A DNA stretch of 64,000 bases from Marsupella aquatica. Lineage: Eukaryota > Plantae > Marchantiophyta. The stretch covers positions 5,736,476 through 5,800,475 of the forward strand of contig OZ316892.1 in assembly GCA_973895155.1 (NCBI GenBank), written 5' to 3'. Of this stretch, positions 1 to 11,900 are shown one piece after another. The position numbers and the translations under genes are program-made. Positions within the stretch are counted from its first letter, which is position 1, and each line of letters opens with the position of its first letter. The notes under the pieces are model-generated. The model made no database searches. It saw only the letters and a program-made list of their open reading frames with translations, and was not told where the DNA came from.

Positions 1-1123
1 AACTAAGAATGTACATGGCCTGCTGCACAATGTCGGTATTAATCCTAGCCTCACATGCCTCATTGGCACTCGTTGGAGTCCCTCCCAGGCCACGTGGAGA
101 GGCATCTGGTATCTGCAAATCTCGGCCTTCGAAGTCATCAGTGTCTGCCTCTGCATCGCAGTGGCCTCCAATGCTCATATTGTCATTGTCCACGTTCTAT
201 TCAATGTCCATTGGTTGCAGACCATCATCAGCCTCCACTTCAAGTCCAGCTAAATCGCTATCGGATTCTGCATGACTGTCGGGTTCTGCATCGCTCTCGT
301 GTTCTGCATTGCTCTTGGGTTCTGCATCGCTCTCGGGTTCTGCATCGCTCTCGGGTTCTGCATCACTCAGGAGTTTTGCATTGCTCTTGGGTTCTGCATC
401 GCTCTCGGGTTCTGAATCGCTGTCAGATTGTGATTGCCAATCGTCTGGCACCTGAATCCCGATGTGCGCTATTAACTGCTTCCTCACCCGTTTCTCAGAA
501 TCCAATAAGCAGTTCCCGTACCAATACAATTGCGCTAGGTAGTTTTGCAAGTATGTTGGTTTCCCCAAGGCCAGATGCTTCAGCTGATCAAAAATTACAT
601 TCCTCAGCAATAGAGCCCAATTTATGGTGCTTATCCCCTTCCAAGCTGCTATTATAGTATTTGCCAGGTTGACAGGTGCCACAGACGACTTCCTTGGATG
701 GAAAATTGGGACTAGAAATTGCATCAGAAGGCAGCAGTCATGGTCGATGCACTGGCTGACCTTCCAACCACAACTCGTTTTCCTTCCCCCACCAAAATAC
801 GAGTCAGACAAGGTATTGTGTTTAGAGTAAAGGCCTTCACCTTCCCAAGGGCATTGAAAAGCATCAGCTACAAAGTGGAGACTCCATTCCTGTGGTTTGC
901 CTCTAACACCGTCGGTCGCATGGGACCTCCTCGGCCTTGGAACTAACATTTCGTCAACGTAAGAGATAGATAGCACGCCCCAAGGAATGAACATCAATGT
1001 CGTCAGTTTCATTTTCCCCAACATTCCATGCAACTTCTTCACATCCTGTAGCGACGTTGGGAGCTCCGCCAAAACCTTTTTAGGTACTGCAACGACGTCC
1101 GGCTCCTCATGCACAGTCACCAT
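1..1123 (-). pseudogene. Plant-TE-associated ORF (bryophyte retroelement accessory-type) with acidic DAEPES repeat tail; interrupted by a stop and running off the window edge
   Basis: ORF 1123..197 has the motif string WS..FVADAF..P.EGEGL...GW.VSQC...LMQFLVPIFHP...V.LANTIIAAW.G...INWA......PTYL..YL.QLY, which from memory resembles TE-associated hypothetical proteins of liverworts and mosses. The frame continues past the TAG at 197-199 to the window start. Confidence 0.5.
270..425. repeat. 18-bp coding minisatellite (GGTTCTGCATCGCTCTCG-like; encodes DAEPES/NAEPKS)
   Basis: About 8 imperfect 18-bp units visible directly. Confidence 0.9.
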
Positions 1124-1586
1124 CGCGGCTTCAAAAAAAGTCAGTTCTCAATGTTGGGCAGCTGCGCATTGCGGTATGAAGGCATTTCAATACCACATTT
1201 GGCTGTGCGGAGGTTTAAGCAAAACGCGCCCAAAGTTCAAAGCAAGGTTTAGGGTATTGGGTACGTATGCGCGTTGGTGGGAAATATACCTTCTGAAATA
1301 AACACTTGTTGTACAATACTGTTAATTGAGTTGGTATACCGCCACTCAATATTGAAAATGAGCCTCTCTGTATCACTGCATAGGCCAATATGAAAATGCA
1401 AATGTACGTGCCTAATAACAATGAAATAAAATGCGAGACAGTGGGGAAGGTGAAAAACAAATACCGGAATGGGTATTAGAAGAAACATTTCATAGAATTA
1501 TCTTTGGTTCCTCCCACATCCATAATTATTTAGTAGGATGCTGCCACAATAAATTTAAATACACTAGTTTTAGTGTTCTCAGCGAA

Positions 1587-3187
1587 TTAACGCATTGTAT
1601 CTAATACTCGATGGAGGCATCCTCCTGGCTGTCTATGGAAATGTAATGCATGCGTCATGACAGTTGATTGCAATCCGAGTCTACGTCGTGCTGCAGCTGC
1701 ACTACTGCGATTGTTTCGGTAATGAAGCAAGTTCGGTGCATCATTATCAAAATCATTTTGTTCCTCCACTTCTAACTCCCCATCTTCATCTATCCACAAA
1801 TCATTTCTGCTAATAACAAAATTGTGTAATTTTGTACACATTAGTATCCAATGTACGAGCCACACACAATCTTTGTTCTCCTTCAGTTGAATCCGCATTT
1901 CCTTCAACGAATGCCAACGTGACTTCAGTACCCCAATGCAATGCTCATTTGTTACCCTGGCAGTTGCAACACACATGTTGAATTCCTCCTTCTCCTGGCT
2001 GCTCTCAGACCGTTTGTAGGAGCAAACCAAATGCTCCATTATCTGGTATCCGCTGTCTCCAAGCAAGTACTGAGTTCTTCCAAAAAGGTGTCCATCATTT
2101 TGTTTGCGGTAGAGTGCTGATCTTTTATAACAAGTGAGATCTGAACAAGACCCGGGCATACCTGCATGATGCAAGTAGAGTGCAATCAGTGATCATCACA
2201 TGAAGGTCTTTTCACATCCAACTTTATGATATTGCGACATGGCAAAATCATGTTATCGTGACATCGCGACATCCTAGCGAAGAACATGCTTCATTATTAT
2301 CCTTCTTGATAGTTTGGTAGTCAGACACGGCGACATCACAGAAGAAAGGAGAAGGACATGCTTACCAGTGTACATGTATAGGATCTTGCGTCTGTGATCA
2401 CAAACAACTTGGGCATTTAGCGAGTACCTTGACTTCCCGTCAAAATAACATTCTCCACCAGTTTTGGGTCTTTGAGACAAAGGGATTAACGTTCCATCTA
2501 TCAGCCCAACGCAGCCAGGAAAACCTCTTTTGATAAACTCGTCTGAAATCCTTTGACGCTTTGCTCTCTTAGGCCATTTCAAGTATTCCTTCAGGGCACA
2601 CTCTAAAGCGGTCACTGAGCGGGTTGTGAAATTGCAAAGTGTCCCATTACTTACTCCCCATGTAGGAATGAGACGGGAAAGGCATGCACCATTACCATCA
2701 TGACCTAGCCGATCAAGAGCCACTGCAAGCTGCCAAGCAATAGGTGCCTGTGGATTGTTTGATTCGCTTTGAAAAATGGGGTGCTCCTCAATGAGGTCAA
2801 CAAGTGCATAGAACGATTCCCGGTCCATTCGAGTCATTTGCCGAAACTCACGAGGAAGCATACAATCAAAAAATTGGGTTACATATTCTTTTGACTTGTT
2901 GAAGAAGATTCTATCATTCAAAAATCTAGTGCTGTCCATGACAGCATACAATTCAAACAACTCTTCAGGATTCCCCTCCAATTCTGACATGTCCCCACAA
3001 TCATCAGAATCATCAGAAGAGTCCAGGTCTATATTGAATCTGAATCAGTGAGCTGTACATTGTCACTGCTCATACAATCAGCACTTGAGTAAATTCCGTC
3101 ATCATCAGAGCTTTCAAGTGCAATGTTCAGCTTCAGTGTTTCCCTCACAGCAGTGAGAGCCTTCTGACGTTCCAATATTCGAGGCAT
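1587..3187 (-). mobile_element. PIF/Harbinger (DDE_Tnp_4 / HARBI1-like) transposase, 2 exons (3187/2990..2366 and 2161..1587), with an N-terminal frameshift near 3031
   Basis: Motifs FPGCVGLIDGTLIP, YFDGKSRYSLNAQVVCD, G|MPGSCSD, YLLGDSGY and ARVTNEHCIGVLKSRW. GT..AG intron at 2365..2162. An upstream MPRILERQ start at 3187 joins the main frame if a 2-nt ATAT duplication near 3031 is removed. Confidence 0.92.
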
Positions 3188-3377
3188 GATGGCACTGAAC
3201 AGAATTACAACATCATCAGGAACCAAAACAAGTGTGGAGACCAATCACAATATTGCTAAAAGGGTTGTGCATCCATAATCTTCTTTGGTCAGAATTGTGC
3301 TCAAATAAAATCATCAGAAACCATGGCCATTGCCTATTGAAAGATTGGATTACAATACAGAACCAAAATTGTTTGGC

Positions 3378-4025
3378 TCACTCATCATCGCTATCTAGAT
3401 TATGGAATTTCAAAGTCCTCACTAAATCATCTAATACTTCTGTGATCTGCTTGGCTGTTTTTTTCCCCTTCTGTGATGACGTGCTGGCCTTCCTGGGGGA
3501 GACAGCAGCTAGTCGGTGTGTAGGATAGTGAGGAGAAGGGGGAATAGATTGGAGCACTGTGTCCACAAAGGACATGTGCAAGACCTTCACCGCATATTCA
3601 TTTACAGATAGAGTGATTTCCACTCGATGCAATTTTTGGGTGACACCAAGGACGATGCGTGTCTGCTCCAACTCACTTAACAGTGCAAGGTCATGTGGAG
3701 TGCAATCCAACATGGTGGAGGCTACTTCCCATATCTGTGCACGCATAGGGGTAACTGGCGCATGTATTGCATCGCAAAGAACTACATGGAATCGAAAGGT
3801 AGGCTTTCCAGGGAGATTGTGGTTACATTTGGGCCCAAACTCGAGGGACTTCAGGCACAGTCGCCCGGATGTGAACCGGTGAGGACACGCAGAATATAAA
3901 AATTTCCTAGGATGGGGATTTGGGGCCTCAAAGTTCACTAGCCATGCTAGAGCAGGAGAGAAATTTCTACACTATCCAGCTGATCTACTTTCATCCACTT
4001 CAGCGAGAGACGTCCACCCAACCAT
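3378..4025 (-). pseudogene. RPA70 C-terminal (DBD-C)-like Zn-ribbon OB-fold protein with an in-frame TAG at 3974-3972
   Basis: LYSACP..CLKSL..CNH..PTFRFHVVLCD..AQIWEVASTML.CTP.DL matches the YxACP-CxKK-C-RyxlxxxlxD-FdexAexllG pattern of RPA1 DBD-C. The frame extends upstream to ATG 4025 (MVGWTSLAEV) through one stop. Confidence 0.6.
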
Positions 4026-4641
4026 GGTCGCTTCTGCAATTCATTCCGGGATTAGGCACTATGTCATACACAATATGTAGAACCTCGTGGCACTTTCATG
4101 AAACTAAATCACAAACTTGTCCATCCTGGATCATGGGTGAATGCTGAGAGTACGTACCTAGCTAAGTTTGCACTGATCGTTTGATGTTGAACTCGTCCCG
4201 GTACGCGATCTCGATTTCTCTACAAAACCACCACCAAAATTCAGGGAGCACAGTCACAGCATGCGAGGGAGAGTAATAATTACTTGATTATTCATGTCAC
4301 GCACCAAAGAATTGAACGTCTACCGCTATGGTGAACTTACATGATACCTGAGGGCCTGGGGAGACCTTCATTCGCGACCTTGTGGGGAGACTTTGTTTCT
4401 CGTAATGGATGACGGGGACAATTCTGAAGGTGTGGCTTTTGGTGCGTCGTGTTCAAACTGTACTGCGACAAAAGAGGTGTACAGTATTGGCGCCCACGTT
4501 AAGGGACATGTGTTAAAGTTAAGTGTTAATGCTACTGCCCGCAGCCAATACTTACGGGACCCGATTTGGGGCTCCCATAATAGTTACGGCCAGACCCATA
4601 ACTACTTCATTACGGGTGGACGTTAACCCACTACGGGCCAG

Positions 4642-4654
4642 CTTTGAGACGCCC
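4642..4654 (-). mobile_element. Candidate PIF/Harbinger terminal sequence (GGGCGTCTCAAAG)
   Basis: Resembles GGGC/GAGCATCTCCAA-type PIF/Tourist ends and lies upstream of the transposase cluster. No partner TIR is seen in the window. Confidence 0.3.
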
Positions 4655-4765
4655 TAGTAGATACCCGATTGAGGGCACACAACTTCTCCAAAAACTTCTA
4701 TGTCTTCATTTGCCTTTTTTAGACAGCGGGTGTATGTCCTATTACAAAGTGCCTAGACTCTCATA

Positions 4766-5165
4766 CCCGGTTTGGACTTGTCGGACAAATAGCAGTATTT
4801 ACAAAGACAAAAGACATATGTCGTCCCGGTCACTCCCGGTTGATCCCGGCTGCAAAGTGAATTATTTACCGGCTCGGCCCCTTCCCCCCCCCCCCCCGCC
4901 CCGGCCTCCCTCCCCGGCCCGGTCTCCCCACCCTCCCCCCCAGCCTCTGTCCCCGCCGGGCCGGGCTGGGGGGTTTTAGGACCTGGCCGGGAAAAATTTT
5001 GACCAGGCCGGGAGAGTGTGGTGCTCGGCCGGGAGGGGTTGGGAGAATTTGACACCGGGCCGGGGAATATAAGGGAATATTGGACAAATAGACGGTTTTT
5101 GGATGGACAAGTTGTCATTTGTCGTGTCGGACAAGGACACATCTTGTCCGACAGTGAAAACCTGG
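4766..5165. mobile_element. hAT-type MITE (400 bp)
   Basis: Perfect 8-bp TSD CTCTCATA at 4758-4765 and 5166-5173. Imperfect ~22-bp TIRs (CCCGGTTTGGACTTGTCGGACAA vs reverse complement CCAGGTTTTCACTGTCGGACAA). GC-rich, CCGG-rich interior. Confidence 0.85.
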
Positions 5166-5664
5166 CTCTCATATTCTTTGGAGGCCCAGATGATTGGTTT
5201 TAGGGTCTCTAGACAAATTCCTTGCTAGGACCCTTCTCGTGATTCATTCTGGAGCTTTACCACTTGGTTACCACTACAGGCTTTTGAACAGTTTACTACA
5301 AACTTGGTATCACTTTAGTTCCTTAGTTTGCACTAGCAGAAGACTCTTTGGCATTTTTGCTCAGATTGATCAAATTCTCAGATTGATCAAATCTTGTGCC
5401 TTTGGGAACTGTCTCATGTAGCGTTACCCTGATTTTCAGTTATTGCTCAATCATTTTCATTTTCAATCATTTTTGCTCAGATTGATCAAATATGATGTCC
5501 AGCTCAGTATAACATGGTGAAACACTTTGGTAAAAGTAATTAGGCTGGAGTAGGCACCTCCAATTGGCATCTATAGTCAAAGCCAAGTCTGTTGCACACC
5601 CAACTAAAAGTCGATCAAGCGCAAGTATATATCCCAGTATATATAATGCCAAAGAATAAAATGT

Positions 5665-7090
5665 GCATACAGGGAGACAGGATCCCAATGGCAAGAAGCC
5701 CAATAAGGGGTGGAAGCAAAGGAAAAGCCCCTAAACACCAAAGAGCCCCAGAGTCAAAGACCCCCAGAGTCCGCAACAACAGCAAAAAGAAATGAGAGAA
5801 TTGTGACAATGTCTGCCCAACCTGAGAATAACAAACAAGGAGTCTGAAGAGATCCTAGTAAGTCATTTACAACTATAATAAGGGATCTTGCAATTTTTGT
5901 CCTTTGTCCCAATACAAAAAAGCTCATGGGCGGGAAAGATTCACAGCCGTTAGATTTGTTTGGCTATTTTTCCTGACCATTGATGGAAGAAATGGGCACC
6001 CCCAGCGCATATGTGCTTCCCCAAGCTGCCCCATAAATGCCCCGACCTGACTTCCCATGGGCTGGCCCTCCTTGCGCTGTGCAATGCAGGGGCATAGAGA
6101 TTGTCAAAGAATAATAAGATCATGAACCCCAATGACTTCCACATTGCAGAGGGTTCAGACGTAAGACTATGAAATTCTAAAATGCCACAGAATTGAATGA
6201 ATAAGTTCCAAATATGACACTTTTTCCTCAGGTCATATAGGCATGTGCAGTCAAACGTGCCTAAGTGCATAACTGCACCAAGTTGGGGGTCTTCCCAAAT
6301 GTTTGTTTGTGTTGAACCTTGTTGGGTGGAGTCACCGTGTGTCCAACTAACATCAATGGCGAAAAAGTAGAGCGCTCTTACAATATCAGAGAAGTAGTAT
6401 AGGCAAGAACCTTGAACGTGGGCAAGGTCTACAGTGGAGCCGTTACATGTATATTCTTGTCTTTACTGCTGTATTAGAAAGATTTCATTTGTCAATGTGC
6501 TCTACTCTAGACCTTACTATACAGCAGTAAAGATAAATATCTACTATGGCACGATTTCATTTGTTATGGGGCACTAACTGTAGACCTTATTATATAGCAG
6601 TAAAGATAAATATCTTCTAGGACAACTTCCTGTTCTCATTACCCAGTGTAGTATCTCAAGTTCTATTATTTAGTGACAAAACATAATTATCTGGTAGATC
6701 TTTGTTTGCTCCGTCGCACATCTTGATAATTAGATACCCATTCCTAGAACACTCTCAATTTCAGCTCTCGCTGATCACTTCTTTTTGCAACGGGTGTCAA
6801 TTACACTACAAAAAGCTTAGGCATTCACTATCCTTGTAGGGCCAAGACTATTTGTTTTCGGACCTCAAGTCAAATTTCTTCTTTGTGACCCTCCTATGTG
6901 ACGTTCACCTGAACTTTACCAGACTTTCAGTTTGCTGCTTAGTAGAGCTTTAGTTCTTTTGCCGTTGTTGGGGACACTTAGGCTTTTTTATTCTTCAACT
7001 TTTTTGGTACCTTGGTTTTCCTGGATTGCCCCCTGTTTCCCTCCCTCTATTGGGTCTCTGGCCGTTGGGATCTTGTCTCCCTGTATGACT
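5665..7090. repeat. Pair of inverted dispersed repeats (~5665-5790 and ~6950-7090), possibly non-LTR 3' tail or SINE-like
   Basis: CATACAGGGAGACAGGATCCCAATGGC..CCCAATA near 5667 matches the reverse complement of TATTGGG..GCCGTTGGGATCTTGTCTCCCTGTATG near 7050-7087. Confidence 0.6.
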
Positions 7091-7789
7091 TTTAATTTGT
7101 TCTTTGATAATATCAAACACTATAATAATAGATCCCTGCCAAAAAGCGGGATTGTTTGCCAACAAAAAGGAGAGCCAACCCTGGCCTTTCATAAAAGAAA
7201 AATTCTTTGGCACCACTAGATCCACCCTTGCACCCTTCCTATCTCTTACCTGTCTACCTTAGCTGCCCTGCATGTGCTTGCACTGCCCATGATGATAAAA
7301 TGATATAACTAAAACAAATATATTTTTTACGCTGACATGATTGCATAGATGACAATCATAATGACAACATTTCTTTGCCTCAATTATATTGTAATTCTTT
7401 ACCTCATCTTGAATTTCTGCACATGCAATCCATGGCACCAAAGATTGGGGTTGTGGGGAACTGCACATAAAAAAATGACATACACGGTGTTGTGTTCGAC
7501 ATCTTATAATAAAACTTGTTATTTCTTTTTAATGAATGAGTGTACACCATATATTACCACATTTTGATGCATGATTACCAACAGGGCAAAGATTGCATGG
7601 TGGCAATGACAATACTCATCTACAATTCACCTCACCTTGACATATTGTTGCACCAGCAACAACACGGGCATAATGATAATCATGCAACCCATAGACTTTG
7701 GGCTATCATACACTATAATATGGAATTATACCTTTTTGAGGTGTTATATCTTATTTAAATTAATCCATGGACCCCCATGTTATTTTAGA

Positions 7790-8910
7790 GGCAGGTATCT
7801 AGAAACTGAAGCCCAAATGGACCTCCAAGTCTAAAGAATTTTTTTTCAAAAATGGACAAGTCAATGTTTGACACTTGGAACAGTTGCCAAACTTACCAAG
7901 GCAACCATAATTAAAATGAATCGCAAAACCAGCTGCAATGTGAAATACTGTTTAATGTTGGGTAGCATAATAATTGCCCACTTCAGCAAAACGGTGCTCA
8001 ACGGTTTCCTCCACGGTACGGAAAGGATGTCAGATGCACTCAAGTTGCATCGAAAGTAATCACTTGTCAATTCCTACACGCAGAGAGACGAAGAGAGAGA
8101 AGCCATCGGTGTCATCAAATCACTAACTTTGCAGAATTGTTTTAGACAAAACGTTCATGGAAACATATCTCCAATTGTAGAATTCAAAATCGATTGAATG
8201 CTAGAGAAATTTAGAAACTCATGACCACTTTAGTACTTGACTCCCAATGTCACACTCATTGGAAAGCTAGAGAACATTGGAAACTCATAATCTCCTCATA
8301 ACTAAACTAAATCTATCAATGTTAAGTTCATTAAAATCTAAGGAAATTCTAAAACTAATTATCTCCTTAGTACTCGACAAAATCTGTCAATTTTTGGTTC
8401 ATTCTCATGGAAGGGATCAACATTTCAAGGGTTGTGCAACAGAGATTTCTATTCCTATTTACATTAGAGATTATGAAATCACGGGTAAAATCTCTTTTTC
8501 ATATTACTTATTCAATTCTTACTAAATGGTGACAATCCTGAGCTCATTAGTACTGTCTCGTCAAGATCTTTCCAACGCCATGTTATACATGAGGTTTCAT
8601 TATGATTTTGACTCAGCAATGTGAAATCAAAAAATAATTGTTGTCGGGAAAATTTTGCGTTCTGAATAAAATCAAACTATAAATGACACCGTTACTGGGA
8701 GCAGTTTTACCTCAATCTTTGTCTTTTGATTTGCATGTCAGTTTTTTTACATTCTCTTTTACGGCATGACGTCCTAGTTTTTACAGAAAAGTTGCCACAA
8801 ACACGAATGCAGAAATTAATTTTATCCAAAAACAAATCTCTTTGTGTTTGCAACGTGCCATGATGATGTGACATTCCGTGGAGCCTGGAATTTTGGAAAG
8901 GACCCCTAAT
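7790..8910. repeat. AT-rich non-autonomous DNA-TE-like repeat with copies at ~18430-18960 (inverted), ~19025-19240 (direct) and ~24450-24650 (inverted)
   Basis: Shared blocks such as AACAGTTGCCAAACTTACCAAGGCAACCATAATTAA and CACAAACACGAATGCAGAA..GTGGAGCCTGGAATTTTG. Confidence 0.7.
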
Positions 8911-11900
8911 GGGGGTCTTAAACTAAAAACGGTGGGAATAAATTGTACGTGACTGTTTGAAAACACTTTATCATCACCATCTGACTGAGAAAAACACCCT
9001 CCTTGTGACACTCCTAGGCTGCTGCCATGCGGCTGTGTATGCTTGTGCTTGCGGAATCAATAGAGGGTCAAGAAAGTTTGATAAGATTCTGAAATGTAAT
9101 ATATGATATCGCCAAGTTCTTTAATGAGCATGTCTGAATAAAGATGAAATGTGGTGTTACTCTCTTCCACTTATTATCATATCTATATCACTTTGTTTGC
9201 ATTTTCCCTTGTAAACAATGAAGGCTTGCATCCCATGAACATTGAACAACATGTACTCATATGTGTATTTAAGCATCCTAGGCATTATGTGTTCATTGTG
9301 ATGATTGACTTATATGCTTGAATTCATTTATGCACACTAAACTTGCACACTCATAACTGCAATGACAAAATGGCCAAAACAAACTAACAACCACATGGCC
9401 AAAACAAACTCATGGCCACATTCAACTATCACATGGGTGTGATGACAAAGTGGCCACTGACCATGTGGCCACAATGACACATAAGATGTCTTTACAACTT
9501 TCTTGCCCCATTTGCATTTATTTGCCTTGCCTCAACATCTTTTCTGAAATGCATGGGCATGGGGCTAGTTATACATATTGTGCTACCATATTTTGGTTTA
9601 AGGAATTTAATTCCCAATTACATAATCACTGGAAATAATTTATTGGTACTCGTCAATTAGTCTGGAGCTCTCCCTCCCTCCATCACTTCTGCAAAAAAAA
9701 TCCTACTAGCCCAATGCTTGTGCATTGCACAATATTGTCTATCGTAAGTGACATTGAGCAGGATTTGTTGTCAAACATAAGTGAAATGACCAGGCAATCA
9801 AATGCTGTTGGGAGTTGGTCAGTCGACCTACATTTCAATGGGCATGTGAGAACGTTAACACAACGCTCGGGTGCTGTGTTTGTTTTGGGTGTTGCATTCC
9901 CAAATTGTTTAATTGACATTCAACACAAAATGTGCAAATTCATGACAACAACTCCATATTATGAGCCTCATCATTGCATGCAGATCAAAAGTGGCAACTG
10001 GAATGGTCTTGTTTTCAATTACAAATTTGTGCTCTCCCTTGAGTAAATTCAATGTTTGAATTAACTAAACATTCCCTACACATTCCTGTTACAGATGAAA
10101 TATTGTTGCGAAGTAGAAGAAATTTGAACCAAAATAATGCCCTCTAACATGCATCAATTTTAAGTCTATAATCTCTGCTTACACCCTACATTCATCTCAA
10201 ATGCCAAATTTGAATACCACGCCTGAACTCAAACACAATGCCAATTTTTGAACACAATGTCACGTGTATACAAAAAACCAAAACAAAAAGTCAAAACTCA
10301 AAGACAACAACCTGGGCGCATTATTTGAATATAGCACCCCATGGTCCAGTATCTACAACTATGATACCCAATGCCGCCAAACTCATCCATAGTTGTCCAT
10401 TTACAAAAACAGTTATGGGTGGAAATGATCAGTCTGTTTACAAAAACAGTTTTGGGTGGGAATGATCAGCAGCCGTTGGATTTGTTTGCAAAAAGGGGGA
10501 GGCAGGGGTACTCCGTCCTCACGCCGGGCCTGAGGCAGGGGTATGCCCAACTGCCCACGACTCCCTCCCTCATAATTGATGTATGCCATGCTGCCCAGTG
10601 CCCAAGAGTGGAGCCGGTATGCAACCTGACCAATGCCCATGACTTCTGCCAGGCCCTCGCTTTCTCACTCACCCAATTGTGCATAGGCATGGCACTCGTT
10701 CAAATATAGTGCCATGACGCTTTGTTCGGGGAAATTTGAATGCATCACCCAAACCAGGACTCAAACTCGAACACGACCCAATATTCAAACACAACGTCAG
10801 AATCATCACAACCATATATAAAACCAAAATAGAAAGTCAAAACTCTAACACAAAGCCCCAAACCAAGTATTTGAATATAGCGCCCCCATGATTCACTCCT
10901 AAAATATAGCCCCCATTTGTTATGGGAAGACGGTAAGTCCCCACTCCCGAGCTGCCTCGTTCCACTCCTCCTCCCACCACCAGAGCGAAAAGCCGAGCGG
11001 GCGACGAAGACAGAAGACTGAACGAATCATTCCAGTCCTTTCCAGAGGAAGACACAGACTGAGAGGGCAGGGGTTCGGCATCAGACCTCGAACGCGAGAG
11101 GCTCGGCCCGGTCGGAGAAGCGAGACGCAGCGCAGCTATGGTGCCAGCCACGGGCCTAACCCCCTGTAGGCTCTCTCTCCCTCGTCCCCTCTCCTCTCCT
11201 CTCTCCTCTCTCTGCCCCTCTCCTCGTCCGCCATCATTCTCGTCCCCTCTCGCGTCCTTTACAATCATAATTGCTGCATGCGCGCGAATCATCAATCGAG
11301 CATTGCTACTTCATCGCAATACGTCATGTCTGCCATTTTGTGAACCGCGTGCTTTTTTGTTCGTCCGAATTGTGATTGTCGCGCTTCGTTCTGGTTCTTC
11401 TGGTTTGCTCGCTGTCTTGTGGGCGCATTTGCTGGTGCTTCGCAAGATTACCTTCCTTCGTTTTTGGTGATTGCTTTGGTCTGCGTTTTTGTTTCTTCGG
11501 TTGGGGTTGTTGCGCTTCTTTCCGGTTCTGCTAAGTTGCTTGCTTTTAGGTTTTGCTTGGAGAATTGCTGTGTGTGCTTTGCTGCTGCTCTCTCGATTCG
11601 ATCTGCCTACCATTTGGGCAGTTGCTTTCGTGTGCTTTTCGTTCTTCCGTAGTGGCATTGCCGCGCTGGTTATTCTTTGTGGCTTGCTTGCTTTTAGGTT
11701 TAGCTTTGAGAATTGTCGCGCTTCTTGATTCCTGTTGGAAGATCTTGGTTCTATATCTGTCTATGCGTCTGTGTCTATCGCAAGTTGCTCTCGCCTAGTC
11801 CGTTACTTTTGCTTTCGTTTCCATTGCTTTCAATTCCTGGCATTTTCTTTTTTCTGCAGAATTGAGAATTTTGGCGCGTCTTCGCCCGTCTTTGAAAATT

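Noticed and set aside
55-657. 200-aa plus-strand ORF with VLHRSR repeats
   Set aside because: Shadow of the minus-strand ORF and its 18-bp repeat.
10480-10720. Telomerase RNA, SRP RNA or U snRNA gene
   Set aside because: No telomeric template, USE element or recognisable family motif; retained only as a weak structured-island finding.
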